Positions 49,096 through 62,447 of a stretch of 64,000 bases of DNA are shown piece after piece (the first letter of the stretch is position 1; each line of letters starts with the position of its first letter). The translations under genes were made by a program, and so were the position numbers. Origin of the DNA: an uncultured Gammaproteobacteria bacterium (GTDB lineage Bacteria > Pseudomonadota > Gammaproteobacteria > Eutrophobiales > Eutrophobiaceae); assembly GCA_938084745.1 (NCBI GenBank), contig CALKEZ010000017.1:111458-175457 (forward strand). Reading direction: 5' to 3'. The notes beneath the pieces were generated by a model. The model saw only the letters and a program-made list of their open reading frames with translations. It made no database searches and was not told the DNA's origin.

Positions 49096-50433
49096 ATGAG
49101 TCAAAGACGTGAAGGGAGCCTCGATGCTCCAACTCGACAGCCGATAGACTGGAAATCCGGTGAATTTAATGATCAAGCATCATTATTTGACGAACTTGAG
49201 CGAGTTTATGACATTTGTCACGGCTGTCGCCGCTGCGTGAGCCTTTGTAATGCTTTCCCGACACTGTTTGAACTGGTCGATGAATCATCGACATTTGAAG
49301 TCGACGGGGTAAAGAAAGACGATTATTGGGACGTGGTTGATCACTGCTATTTATGTGATCTCTGCTATATGACCAAATGTCCCTACGTTCCACCGCATGA
49401 ATGGAATGTTGACTTCCCGCATTTAATGTTGCGTGCCAAAGCCCAAAAATTTAAAAGTGGTAATGTCTCGTTGCGAGACAAGATGCTGACTTCCACTGAC
49501 ATGGTCGGTTCTATTGCCGGAATACCTGTCGTTGCCCAGGCAGTTAATCTGGCTAACTCAATCAAACCACTACGTAAGGCGATGGAAAAAACCATTGGTA
49601 TACATGCGGATGCCAGCCTGCCGGATTTTCACAGTCATTCTTTACGCAAACGTTATAATCGTCTGGCGAGTACTGATATCACTCCGGAAGCAACGGCAAA
49701 AACCAAGGGCAAAGTTGCGGTTTTCGTTACGTGTTATGGCAATCGCAATGAGCCCGATGTGGTCGAGGATCTCATCACCATATTAAGGCACAATCAACTG
49801 CAGGTAAGCTTGGTAGCACAAGAAAAATGTTGCGGCATGCCGAAAATGGAACTGGGCGATCTTGAGTCCGTAGAAAAGCTGAAAGACTTTAATATTCCTC
49901 AATTAGTCGCGATGGTAGACGACGGTTGGGACATCATTGCGCCCATACCTTCCTGTGTCTTGATGTTTAAACAGGAACTTCCCTTATTATTCCCGGATGA
50001 TGCTGATGTGCAAAAGGTAAAACAGGCTTTTTATGATCCGTTTGAGTATCTGATGTTGAGAAACAAGGATAAAAAGCTCAACACCGAATTCAAAAATAAG
50101 CTGGGTAAAGTGGCTTACCATGTTCCTTGTCACCAACGTGTCCAGAACATTGGTCCAAAGACCAAAGAGCTATTAGAACTTGTTCCCGATACAGATATCA
50201 CCGTAATTGAACGCTGTTCAGGTCATGATGGCACCTATGCGGTTAAAACCGAGTTTCATGAGATTTCGATGAAAATATGCCGACCAGTAACGAACAAGAT
50301 CAAGGGTGCTGAATTAGATCATTACATCAGTGATTGTCCTATGGCGGGTCACCAGATAGATAACGGTATGGAGGACTCCGAAATGAAAGCGGAGAGTCCC
50401 TTTTCTTTACTAAGACTGGCGTACGGGATTTAA
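49096..50433 (+). CDS. (Fe-S)-binding oxidoreductase, GlpC/HdrD-like (two 4Fe-4S ferredoxin motifs plus two CCG domains)
   Basis: CHGCRRCVSLC and CYLCDLCYMTKCP 4Fe-4S motifs, then two Cys-rich CCG-type domains (…KCCGMP…, …PCHQR…ERCSGHDG…). Confidence 0.75.
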   Translation: MSQRREGSLDAPTRQPIDWKSGEFNDQASLFDELERVYDICHGCRRCVSLCNAFPTLFELVDESSTFEVDGVKKDDYWDVVDHCYLCDLCYMTKCPYVPPHEWNVDFPHLMLRAKAQKFKSGNVSLRDKMLTSTDMVGSIAGIPVVAQAVNLANSIKPLRKAMEKTIGIHADASLPDFHSHSLRKRYNRLASTDITPEATAKTKGKVAVFVTCYGNRNEPDVVEDLITILRHNQLQVSLVAQEKCCGMPKMELGDLESVEKLKDFNIPQLVAMVDDGWDIIAPIPSCVLMFKQELPLLFPDDADVQKVKQAFYDPFEYLMLRNKDKKLNTEFKNKLGKVAYHVPCHQRVQNIGPKTKELLELVPDTDITVIERCSGHDGTYAVKTEFHEISMKICRPVTNKIKGAELDHYISDCPMAGHQIDNGMEDSEMKAESPFSLLRLAYGI

Positions 50434-50434
50434 C

Positions 50435-53007
<2,573 letters not shown>

Positions 53008-53350
53008 TATTGATTGAGTCTGCCAAAATTGCAGCTTGTGTTGAATTCTGACTAGCGGGTTGATTTTCATATTGATAAAACAGCATAGGCACTATCTCAT
53101 CAATATTAGTCGCCGAACGTTTTTGTTCGGTGATTCTTAAATAGAGTTCTGATGTTCGTATGAATCGAATCACGTTTTTCTGGTTCATTTCACTGTCTCC
53201 ATGCTGTTGATGAAGAGATGATGCGACGCTATTGTGTAAGCAAAATGACAAGCGGATGATCGTTTTATGTCATTTCTTAAGCTGTCATTATATTAATAAT
53301 ATAAACATATACTTAAATACACTATCTAATGTTGATTAGAGGAAATATTA

Positions 53351-55609
53351 ATGTCTGATTCACTGAGTTTTGACTTTGAACAAAACGAGCAACGGCCTCT
53401 GCAGGAATACACGGAGAAGGCTTATCTGAACTATTCAATGTACGTCATTCTCGATCGTGCCTTACCGCATATAGGTGATGGCCTGAAACCAGTGCAACGC
53501 CGGATCATCTATGCAATGTCCGAGCTTGGTTTGAAGGCAACGGCAAAATATAAAAAATCAGCGCGCACCGTCGGTGACGTTCTCGGCAAGTTTCACCCTC
53601 ATGGTGATTCGGCGTGTTACGAAGCCATGGTGTTGATGGCACAGGATTTCTCTTATCGCTATCCACTGATTGACGGGCAGGGGAACTGGGGTTCCATGGA
53701 CGATCCTAAATCGTTTGCCGCAATGCGTTATACCGAGTCAAAACTGGCCGCCTATGCTGAACTATTACTCAGTGAAGTTGATCAGGGCACGGTTGATTGG
53801 GTACCTAATTTTGATGGAACGCTGGAAGAACCCAAATTATTACCTGCACGACTACCCAATATTCTACTGAATGGCACAACCGGCATTGCTGTCGGGATGG
53901 CGACAGATATCCCGCCTCATAACCTTAAAGAGGTTGCCAGCGCCTGTATTCGTTTAATAGAAGCACCCAAGAGCACGGTTAGTGAGTTATGTGAGCACAT
54001 TAAAGGTCCTGATTTTCCAACCAGGGCAGAAATAATTACGCCACAAGCCGCTATCCAGGAAATCTATGAAACCGGTAATGGCTCAATAAAGATGCGGGCA
54101 ATTTGGGAAAAAGAAAACGGGAATGTGGTGGTAACAGCCCTGCCATATCAAAGCTCAGGCAGTAAGATTCTGGAGCAGATTGCAGCGCAAATGCAGGCTA
54201 AGAAGCTACCGATGCTGGATGATTTGCGTGATGAATCGGATCATGAAAACCCGACGAGACTCATCCTTATCCCACGTTCCAATCGGATTGACCTTGAAGA
54301 AATGATGCTGCATTTGTTTGCGACCACAGATCTTGAGCGCAGTTACCGGGTGAATATGAATATCATCGGTTTAAATGGTCGCCCTCAAGTTAAGAACTTG
54401 CGAGCGATTTTGAAAGAATGGCTGGAATACAGGATAGAAACCGTTCGCAGAAGGCTGCAATACCGTCTCGATAAAGTGATTGCATTGATGCACGTACTTG
54501 AGGGCTTGATGATAGCCTATTTGAATATAGATGAAGTTATTCAGATTATTCGTGAACAGGACAAGCCAAAAACCGTCTTAATGAAACGATTCAATCTGAG
54601 TGACACTCAGGCTGATGCCATCCTTGATTTAAAGCTACGCAAACTGGCCAAGCTGGAAGAATTCAAGATAAAAAGTGAGTTGGATGAGTTAAAAGATGAA
54701 CGCAAACAACTCGAAACAACGCTCGGATCAGAGCAACGATTAAAAACGCTGGTGCGTAAGGAAATCGAAGCCGATGCGACAGCATATGGTGATGAGCGAA
54801 AATCACCGTTGAATGAAGTTGTAGAAGCAAAAGCCATTGATGAACAAACCTTGATTCCAACTGAACCAGTAACAATTATCCTTTCAGACAAAGGCTGGGT
54901 ACGTGCTGCTAAGGGTCACGAAGTTGATCCAGAATCATTGAATTACAAGAGCGGTGATAGCTTCAAACAGTCGAGCTTTGGAAGAAGCAACCAACTTGCC
55001 GTATTTCTCGATTCGAGTGGCCGTTGCTATTCCTTACCCGCACATTCTTTACCTTCAGCACGTAGTTTGGGTGAGCCTATCTCAGCGCGTTTAACACCGC
55101 CCGATGGTGTCACTTTTGAAGGAGTAATGGCCGGCGATCAGGAATCAGTTTATCTGATAGGTTCTGATGCCGGTTATGGTTTTATGATTAAACTGGAAGA
55201 TGTCTATACAAAAAACCGCAATGGTAAAGCCGTTATCTCCGTACCGGCCGGTGCGAACGTACTGCCACCAAGCAAAGTGAATGATATTAAAAATGATTGG
55301 GTGGTTGCTGTAAGTTCAATCGGTCGCATGCTTATGTTTCCTATCAGTGAATTAACGTTGCTGCCTAAAGGGAAAGGTTTGAAAATCATTCAAATTCCGC
55401 CAGCCAAACTCAAATCTCGCGAAGAATATGTCGTGGCGATGACCACGATGGCAGAAACCGACAACCTGGTTATTTATTCCGGACAACGTTACACCACCAT
55501 GAAATCGGCAGATCAGGAATATTATATTGGTGAGCGGGGAAGACGGGGCAATATGCTTCCACGTGGCTATCGAAATGTCATTAGAATCAAAGCAGAGCCA
55601 AAAGGCTAG
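53351..55609 (+). CDS. parC: DNA topoisomerase IV subunit A ParC
   Basis: …[29 protein letters not shown]… gyrase/topoisomerase IV A N-terminus with the catalytic Tyr region; 752 aa. Confidence 0.9.
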   Translation: MSDSLSFDFEQNEQRPLQEYTEKAYLNYSMYVILDRALPHIGDGLKPVQRRIIYAMSELGLKATAKYKKSARTVGDVLGKFHPHGDSACYEAMVLMAQDFSYRYPLIDGQGNWGSMDDPKSFAAMRYTESKLAAYAELLLSEVDQGTVDWVPNFDGTLEEPKLLPARLPNILLNGTTGIAVGMATDIPPHNLKEVASACIRLIEAPKSTVSELCEHIKGPDFPTRAEIITPQAAIQEIYETGNGSIKMRAIWEKENGNVVVTALPYQSSGSKILEQIAAQMQAKKLPMLDDLRDESDHENPTRLILIPRSNRIDLEEMMLHLFATTDLERSYRVNMNIIGLNGRPQVKNLRAILKEWLEYRIETVRRRLQYRLDKVIALMHVLEGLMIAYLNIDEVIQIIREQDKPKTVLMKRFNLSDTQADAILDLKLRKLAKLEEFKIKSELDELKDERKQLETTLGSEQRLKTLVRKEIEADATAYGDERKSPLNEVVEAKAIDEQTLIPTEPVTIILSDKGWVRAAKGHEVDPESLNYKSGDSFKQSSFGRSNQLAVFLDSSGRCYSLPAHSLPSARSLGEPISARLTPPDGVTFEGVMAGDQESVYLIGSDAGYGFMIKLEDVYTKNRNGKAVISVPAGANVLPPSKVNDIKNDWVVAVSSIGRMLMFPISELTLLPKGKGLKIIQIPPAKLKSREEYVVAMTTMAETDNLVIYSGQRYTTMKSADQEYYIGERGRRGNMLPRGYRNVIRIKAEPKG

Positions 55610-55617
55610 GCCGTCAC

Positions 55618-56427
55618 ATGACGGTCGATCCTCCCATCATTGTGGTGACGGACCTGGATGGTACCTTACTCGATCATAATAGCTATCGTTTCGATGCTGC
55701 CAGGACGGCACTGGATTATCTGCAACAGCTTAATATCCCGCTAATCCTCAACAGCAGCAAAACGGCTGCTGAGATGATGTGTATTCGCAAAGAATTGGGC
55801 AATCATGACCCGTTTATCGTTGAGAATGGGGCAGGTATTTATCTGCCGACTGTTAATGAGGCGAGTTTTGAGATTATCTCATTCGGAAAAAAAAGAGCAT
55901 TGATACTTGCTGTTTTAAATGAGCTGCGTGAGCGATTTAAACTGCCTTTTATCGGGTTTAATGACATGTCCGTGGATGAGTTGATAAGTCACACAGGATT
56001 AACAAGACAGCAAGCGGTAATCGCTAAACAACGGGATTTCACCGAGCCAATGCAATGGCAGGGTGATAACACGCAATGGGATGAATTCTGCACTGAAATA
56101 GAACGTCTTGAATTAACCGTGGTTAAAGGCGGGCGTTTCAATACAGTTTCTACTGATGTTAACAAAGGTCAAGCCATGTTGTGGCTTAGAATGCATTACC
56201 AACAGGAATGGTCGCAAAGCCCCATAATTATAGCGTTGGGGGATAGCGATAATGACAGACAAATGTTAACGTTTTCAGACTATCCGGTTTTGATACGTTC
56301 CCCGGCACATGAATTGCCTGAGATAAACATAAATAATTTACATGTATCGAATGAGTTCGGTCCTGAAGGCTGGAATAACAGTATTTTATTTCTCTTAAAA
56401 CAATTTAATTTAATAAATAAAAAATAA
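55618..56427 (+). CDS. HAD-IIB phosphatase, mannosyl/glucosyl-3-phosphoglycerate phosphatase family (MpgP/YedP-like)
   Basis: HAD motif I VVTDLDGTLLDH and motif IV GDSDNDRQM, with the size and sequence of MPGP-family enzymes. Confidence 0.7.
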   Translation: MTVDPPIIVVTDLDGTLLDHNSYRFDAARTALDYLQQLNIPLILNSSKTAAEMMCIRKELGNHDPFIVENGAGIYLPTVNEASFEIISFGKKRALILAVLNELRERFKLPFIGFNDMSVDELISHTGLTRQQAVIAKQRDFTEPMQWQGDNTQWDEFCTEIERLELTVVKGGRFNTVSTDVNKGQAMLWLRMHYQQEWSQSPIIIALGDSDNDRQMLTFSDYPVLIRSPAHELPEININNLHVSNEFGPEGWNNSILFLLKQFNLINKK

Positions 56428-57650
56428 TGGCTGATTTTTATCAGAACGGGGTAATTACTACCCTGCACAATTTATCCGATCGTTCAATTGAAGAACTGGA
56501 AAAAGACCTGTTGGAATTTGCTCGTGCGAGGCCTATGTCATTGGTCTTACCCTGTTTGTATTCCGAGTTAGACGGTCCCGCCTTGTCAAATATAGTCGAC
56601 GAATTATGCAAGGTCCCTTATTTATCGCAGATTGTTATCGGCCTCGATCGCGCGAATGAAGCTGAATATAAACATGCCTTAGAATTTTTTTCACGATTGC
56701 CGCAAAAGCATGTTGTGTTATGGAATGATGGTTCGCGCCTAAAAAACATAGACGCGTGTTTGCAGAAACAGGATCTTGAGCCTAAAGAAATGGGGAAGGG
56801 ACGTAATGTCTGGTATTGCCTGGGCTATGTCCTGGCTTCTGGTGAAGCTAAATCGGTTGCCTTGCATGATTGCGATATAACCACCTATACACGTGAGCTG
56901 TTGGCGCGTTTGATTTATCCAGTGGCTAATCCACATTTCAATTATCAATTTTGCAAAGGCTATTATGCACGTATCGCAGATGGCTCAATTAACGGCAGGG
57001 TTTGTCGCTTACTGGTTACGCCGCTATTACGTGCCTTAAAAAAAGTTTTTCCAACTGATAGTTTTATCGAGTACCTGGACAGTTATCGTTATTCACTTGC
57101 GGGAGAGTTTTCACTGCGTACCGATGTGATTAATGATATTCGAATCCCCAGTGACTGGGGTCTGGAAATTGGCGTGCTATCAGAGGTGAAACGCAATTAT
57201 TCAACCAACCGTTTGTGTCAGGTCGATATTGCAGATCAATATGATCACAAACATCAGGAATTATCGCTTGATGACGATAACAAAGGGTTGTCCAAAATGT
57301 CGATCGACATCAGCAAAGCAATTTTTCGTAAATTAGCAACAACCGGCCTGGTGTTTAATACGGAGACATTTAGGACAATCAAGGCAACCTACTTTCGCAT
57401 TGCGCTGGATTTTATTGAAACCTATAACAATGATGCGGTGATGAATGGTTTAACACTTGATATACATGCCGAAGAGCAAGCAGTTGAGTTGTTTGCCGAG
57501 AATATAATGAAAGCCGGTTTACATTTTCTGGACAATCCTATGGAAACACCCTTTATTTCGAGCTGGACCCGTGTAAACAGTGCTTTACCTACACTTGCAG
57601 AAGATTTTCTAACTGCAGTCGATGAAGATACAAAACAGTTCTCGTCATAA
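56427..57650 (+). CDS. Mannosyl-/glucosyl-3-phosphoglycerate synthase-like glycosyltransferase
   Basis: A 407 aa protein whose start overlaps the phosphatase stop (ATGA). The size and sequence resemble MpgS / archaeal-type GpgS, and it is flanked by an MPGP-like phosphatase and a GH13_18 phosphorylase. Confidence 0.6.
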   Translation: MADFYQNGVITTLHNLSDRSIEELEKDLLEFARARPMSLVLPCLYSELDGPALSNIVDELCKVPYLSQIVIGLDRANEAEYKHALEFFSRLPQKHVVLWNDGSRLKNIDACLQKQDLEPKEMGKGRNVWYCLGYVLASGEAKSVALHDCDITTYTRELLARLIYPVANPHFNYQFCKGYYARIADGSINGRVCRLLVTPLLRALKKVFPTDSFIEYLDSYRYSLAGEFSLRTDVINDIRIPSDWGLEIGVLSEVKRNYSTNRLCQVDIADQYDHKHQELSLDDDNKGLSKMSIDISKAIFRKLATTGLVFNTETFRTIKATYFRIALDFIETYNNDAVMNGLTLDIHAEEQAVELFAENIMKAGLHFLDNPMETPFISSWTRVNSALPTLAEDFLTAVDEDTKQFSS

Positions 57651-57655
57651 ATAAC

Positions 57656-59404
57656 ATGGACACACCCAGTCGCATTGAAGAGTTGCATGCCCGGCTCGTT
57701 AATCATGTCTCGCAAATTTACCCGGACGTGGATGCAGCAGATCTAAGTTCGCGTTTAATTAGTCGCATGGGTCTTGATGAATATTGTTCAGCGCCGGAAC
57801 AATATCAAAATCATTGGGATGAACAGGATGTTGCTGTGATCACCTATGGCAATACTTTTCTGCGCGATGACGAAACACCACTCGATACCCTACATCAGTT
57901 TTTTTCGCAATATCTCAAAGAAACGATCAGTATCATTCATCTTTTACCCTTTTTTACATTTAGTTCCGATGATGGTTTTGCTGTGATGGACTACACACAG
58001 GTAAACGATGCCTATGGTGATTGGGATGACATCATTCAGATCGCCAGTGAGTTTAAACTGATGTCTGATCTGGTGATTAACCATTGTTCCGGGCGAAGCC
58101 GCTGGTTCGAGCAATTTAAAGCAGGCGAGAGTCCAGGCAAGGATTATTTTTACTGCGCTAGCCCCGATGATGATTTATCCATGGTGGTTCGTCCGCGCAC
58201 CAGCCCCTTACTAAGGGAGGTGCCTACGGCGGAAGGTGACAGGTATGTCTGGTGTACGTTTAGTCATGACCAGCCTGATCTCAATTTCAAGAACCCGGAT
58301 GTCTTACTCGAGTTTGTACATATCATTCGTTTGTATCTGGAACGAGGCATCAAGATTTTTCGATTAGATGCCATTGCATTTCTCTGGAAAGAGTCTGGTA
58401 CAAATTGTATCAACCTGCCACAGACGCATGAGATAGTCAGGCTGCTACGTAGCTTAATTGAACACCACACCCATGACGCAATCATCATTACCGAAACCAA
58501 CATCCCCAATCGTGAAAACCTGGCTTATTTTGGCAATGCCAATGAAGCACATATTATTTATAACTTTCCCCTGCCACCGCTATTATTAAACATGCTGGTG
58601 ACGGGCAGCAGCCATTATTTTAAAAACTGGCTAATGAGTATGCCACCGGCCATGATGGGCACAACCTATCTGAATTTTATTGCCTCCCATGATGGTATTG
58701 GCCTCAGACCTGTTGAAGGCTTGTTGAGTGATGAAGAGATTGGCGAGCTTGTATCCACCATGGAGTCCTTTGGTGGTCAGGTTTCCTGGCGTGCACTTGA
58801 TGATGGAGAGAACAAGCCCTATGAAATTAATATCACTTTGTATGATGCATTAAAAGGCACGGTAGCCGAGGGTGCAGACACATGGCAACAACAACGGTTT
58901 ATTTGCGCACATACCGTCATGCTGGCTCTGGAAGGTTTACCCGCTTTTTATATTCATAGTTTGATCGCTACAGAAAACGATTATGAGAAATTTAAAAACA
59001 CAAATAACAATCGTGCCATCAACCGGCATAATTGGCATATTGAAGATATTGAAAAACTATTAAGCACGGATACACATCACGTCAGTGTTCTAAATGAGTT
59101 AAAACGGTTGATCGCTATACGTAGAAAACAACCTGCTTTCCATCCCAATGCAACCCAGTTCACCCTGCATTTTGGCGATGAGATTTGTGCTTTTTGGAGA
59201 CAGAATCTGCAACGCGATCAAAGCATTTTTGCTATAACTAATATTTCTAATACTGAGCAAACAATACTTTTGTCAGATATTAATTTGATTGAAACAGATA
59301 ACTGGACGGATTTGATCAGTACGAGTGATGTTCCTCCAGAGCAGACTCACCTGGTGTTGCAACCCTATCAATCAGTCTGGCTAAGTAACAAGTTTTATTC
59401 TTGA
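57656..59404 (+). CDS. GH13_18 sucrose-phosphorylase-family enzyme, candidate glucosylglycerate phosphorylase
   Basis: The catalytic-nucleophile region …[18 protein letters not shown]… and …[10 protein letters not shown]… are typical of the sucrose phosphorylase family; 582 aa. Confidence 0.75.
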   Translation: MDTPSRIEELHARLVNHVSQIYPDVDAADLSSRLISRMGLDEYCSAPEQYQNHWDEQDVAVITYGNTFLRDDETPLDTLHQFFSQYLKETISIIHLLPFFTFSSDDGFAVMDYTQVNDAYGDWDDIIQIASEFKLMSDLVINHCSGRSRWFEQFKAGESPGKDYFYCASPDDDLSMVVRPRTSPLLREVPTAEGDRYVWCTFSHDQPDLNFKNPDVLLEFVHIIRLYLERGIKIFRLDAIAFLWKESGTNCINLPQTHEIVRLLRSLIEHHTHDAIIITETNIPNRENLAYFGNANEAHIIYNFPLPPLLLNMLVTGSSHYFKNWLMSMPPAMMGTTYLNFIASHDGIGLRPVEGLLSDEEIGELVSTMESFGGQVSWRALDDGENKPYEINITLYDALKGTVAEGADTWQQQRFICAHTVMLALEGLPAFYIHSLIATENDYEKFKNTNNNRAINRHNWHIEDIEKLLSTDTHHVSVLNELKRLIAIRRKQPAFHPNATQFTLHFGDEICAFWRQNLQRDQSIFAITNISNTEQTILLSDINLIETDNWTDLISTSDVPPEQTHLVLQPYQSVWLSNKFYS

Positions 59405-59654
59405 ATGTTATAAACTTGGTGTCGATGTCAGGCAAACACGTATCCCGGAGTATCTATTTACAGTAATCCAATTCTACTGCGTACCAGCCTTGTCCAAATT
59501 GAAGTTGCCTGAATCAGGCCAAATATCTTATTAATATCAATTAAACCAACAAGATAACGGGGTATGGATATAGTGTCCGAATGCGAATACTATGGTTGCC
59601 AGTATACTAAAAATACCTCGATCGCGATAAAACCCAGAGTCTAATCATTCATCA

Positions 59655-61535
59655 ATGGAAAAAAACCTGACTATGCCAAAATTAAATCTCATCGTTTGTT
59701 CTTTGCTTGTCTTGATGCTGTCGGCGTGCACAGATAAAGACGAAGCAACTTCAAAAAATACCGCAGTGCCAGAAGCAACTGAAGTCAGTGCTCCAACTGA
59801 TAACAGTCAAGTGGCAGAAACAAGTCATGGCGATAGTAGTGATACGGTCGACTGGGCCAAGTATGGCAATAATTACGCAAACCACCGATTTAGTGAACTG
59901 AACCAGATAACGACGGACAATGTAGCTCAGCTTGAACTCGCATGGTCTTATAAAACGGGTATTAAGAAAACATTTCAAACAAGTCCTATCGTTGTTGATG
60001 GTGTCATGTTCATTACAACACCATTGAATGACGTTATATCAATGGATGCGCTGACTGGGAAAGAAATCTGGCGTTACAAACATGATTTGAAAGGCGATAA
60101 GTTTTGTTGTGGCCCTTCAAATCGTGGTCCTGCAGTTTCTGATGGAAAAGTATTTACCGTCACAATCGATGCTCGATTAATTGCATTAGATAAAAAGACG
60201 GGTGAGAAATTGTGGGATGTACCTATCTCAGATCCAAATTCAGGTATTGATGAGGAAATGAATCCGATTACGAATATGGAAGAATTAAAGGGTGCCGTGA
60301 TGACTGGCGCTTCTGGTCATAGCGCTAGTCTTGCCCCACAAGTTTATGATGGGAAGGTCTTTGTAGGGATCACCGGAGCCGGTTACGGTTTACATATGGA
60401 AGTCGAGCAAGACGGCAAACAAACACTGGCTGTAGGTGGTTTTGCTGGTGGTGGTCATGGATTACGCGGATACATGGTTGCCTATGATGTGAATACCGGC
60501 GAAGAAATTTGGCGCTGGTACAGCTCTTCTGAAGAGGATTGGCAAGGTGATTGGGTTGAAGCTTCATCAGGTGGTGAGAGTTTTAACCGCGATATAGAAA
60601 GTGAAAAAGCTAACTACGAGAAGTATAAAGATTCTTGGAAGTTAGGCGGTGGTTCTATATGGACAACCCCCGCTTTAGATACAGAACTGGGACTGCTTTA
60701 TTTTGGCACAGGTAATCCATCACCACAGATGGAAGACTCAACCCGACCTGGTGATAACCGGAACACGGTTAGTTTGGTCGCAGTCGATGTGAATACCGGT
60801 GAACTTAAATGGGCTTATCAGCAAGTACCTCACGATCGTTGGGGCTATGATGTTGCTAGTCCACCTGTGTTGATAGATTACTTAAAAGATGGCAAAACCA
60901 TTAAAGCAGTAGCACAAGCGAGTAAAACAGGTTGGTTGTTTATTCATGATAGGGCAACCGGTGAATTGTTATTACGTTCGGACGCATTCGTGCCACAAGA
61001 AAATATATTCGCCAGACCAACGGAAGAGGGCGTGCGCATTGCACCGAGTACCTTTGGCGCAACGACATGGTCACCAGCAGCGTATTATCCTGAATTAAAT
61101 TCTATGTATATTACTGGCATCTATACAGTCGCTAAATTTTATTCTAAAAAATTGACTCCTGAACCTGGTAAACCATGGTCGAGCTTCACTTTCTTTAAGC
61201 CGACAACGGATCCAACCTGGGGCAATATAACCTCTGTTGATCTGACTACCGGTAAAATTAAATGGGAGGTCAAAACTGACCAACCGATGGTCGGTGGTGT
61301 AATGGCAACGGCCGGTGGTTTGCTTTTCGCCGGTGAAGGCAATGGTAATTTTAACGCCTACGATGCCCGAACCGGAGAGAACCTTTGGCAATACAAGAGT
61401 CAGTATGGTGTTAATGCACCGCCCATTACTTACAAACTCAATGGCACACAATATATCGCTGTTGCTTCTGGTGGTAGCGGCTTATTTAAGTATGCAATGG
61501 GTGATGAGATATTAGTCTTTAAGCTTAAACAATAA
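59655..61535 (+). CDS. PQQ-dependent alcohol/methanol dehydrogenase-family quinoprotein, predicted lipoprotein
   Basis: Lipobox LLVLMLSAC. It has the vicinal Cys pair (…DKFCCGPSNRGPAV…) characteristic of MDH/type I ADH and W-rich 8-bladed propeller repeats; 626 aa with no heme c motif. Confidence 0.8.
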   Translation: MEKNLTMPKLNLIVCSLLVLMLSACTDKDEATSKNTAVPEATEVSAPTDNSQVAETSHGDSSDTVDWAKYGNNYANHRFSELNQITTDNVAQLELAWSYKTGIKKTFQTSPIVVDGVMFITTPLNDVISMDALTGKEIWRYKHDLKGDKFCCGPSNRGPAVSDGKVFTVTIDARLIALDKKTGEKLWDVPISDPNSGIDEEMNPITNMEELKGAVMTGASGHSASLAPQVYDGKVFVGITGAGYGLHMEVEQDGKQTLAVGGFAGGGHGLRGYMVAYDVNTGEEIWRWYSSSEEDWQGDWVEASSGGESFNRDIESEKANYEKYKDSWKLGGGSIWTTPALDTELGLLYFGTGNPSPQMEDSTRPGDNRNTVSLVAVDVNTGELKWAYQQVPHDRWGYDVASPPVLIDYLKDGKTIKAVAQASKTGWLFIHDRATGELLLRSDAFVPQENIFARPTEEGVRIAPSTFGATTWSPAAYYPELNSMYITGIYTVAKFYSKKLTPEPGKPWSSFTFFKPTTDPTWGNITSVDLTTGKIKWEVKTDQPMVGGVMATAGGLLFAGEGNGNFNAYDARTGENLWQYKSQYGVNAPPITYKLNGTQYIAVASGGSGLFKYAMGDEILVFKLKQ

Positions 61536-61581
61536 TCTGCTTAACACCTTCGCATAGTGCAACCATACTGTTGAAATAAAA

Positions 61582-61611
61582 AGTCGGACATTGATGATGT
61601 TCGGCTTTTTT
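61582..61611. terminator. Bidirectional rho-independent terminator between convergent genes
   Basis: A 9-bp stem agtcggaca/tgttcggct (two G-U pairs) followed by T6 on the plus strand; an A-rich tract precedes it, giving a T-rich tract on the minus strand. Confidence 0.5.
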
Positions 61612-61618
61612 ATAACAC

Positions 61619-62269
61619 TTAATTCAGTTCCGCAATAATTTCCTGAATACGATTTTCAGCTTCCTGTCGACGTCCTGCATCAGCGATTTCGCGGCCAGAA
61701 CGTGCTGGTGCCTTAATAGCATTTTTATACCAAACTTCGGCTTGTTGATATCTCTTTTTTTTTCTGAGAAATTCGCCATAGAAATAATTGACGTCAATAT
61801 CATCCGGGTCAAGTTTGATCGCTCTGTCCAGGTATTCTTTGGCCAGATCCATGTCACCAAAAGCAATCGGCCATTCCGGGACCAGAAAATACAAGGTTCC
61901 AAGATAGGTGTTAGCGGCGCCATTGGATGCATTGAGATCAAGTTCTAATGATTTTTCCAATGCACTACGTGATTCGTTTACTGCATCTAATGCCCTGAGT
62001 GTGCCAATAGCACCCGCATAGGTTGATAAGATAATGCCTTCCCAAAGATAAGCGTCAGCATTATCTGTTTGATTCTCTCTAATAATGGCTGCTTTTGCAG
62101 CCAATTTTTCTAATGCGGTTTCATGGTCTTTTTTATCTAATATGTATTTTATTTGCGCCCATTCGAGTTGGAGTTGTTCTATCTCTTGATTGATTTCGGC
62201 ATGGACAGGAACGCTGTGTAGAAATAAACAGCTTAAGATGATAAACAGGCACTCTGGTAACGATTTCAT
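61619..62269 (-). CDS. Secreted TPR-repeat protein
   Basis: A signal peptide and TPR-like helical repeats (…AEVWYKNAIKAP…, …AKEYLDRAIKLDPDD…). Confidence 0.55.
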   Translation of the reverse strand: MKSLPECLFIILSCLFLHSVPVHAEINQEIEQLQLEWAQIKYILDKKDHETALEKLAAKAAIIRENQTDNADAYLWEGIILSTYAGAIGTLRALDAVNESRSALEKSLELDLNASNGAANTYLGTLYFLVPEWPIAFGDMDLAKEYLDRAIKLDPDDIDVNYFYGEFLRKKKRYQQAEVWYKNAIKAPARSGREIADAGRRQEAENRIQEIIAELN

Positions 62270-62447
62270 AATTCATTCCCGGTTGATTAATGCAAGGACA
62301 ATTGCTTTAAACAAGATTATTATTTTGATAATTAGCGATGTTGGTAATATAGACCATTAAAAATAATTCATTAAAGGAATATAATAACCAAAATATTCAA
62401 ACACTGCGGCATTCTTTATAAATAAAGCCTACCAACAGGAGTATCTA

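Noticed and set aside
59505-59517. 13-bp palindrome gcctgaatcaggc upstream of the PQQ dehydrogenase gene as a regulatory site
   Set aside because: It is short enough (6-bp arms) to occur by chance. It has no T-run to make it a terminator, and there is no supporting repeat elsewhere in the window. Noted only.
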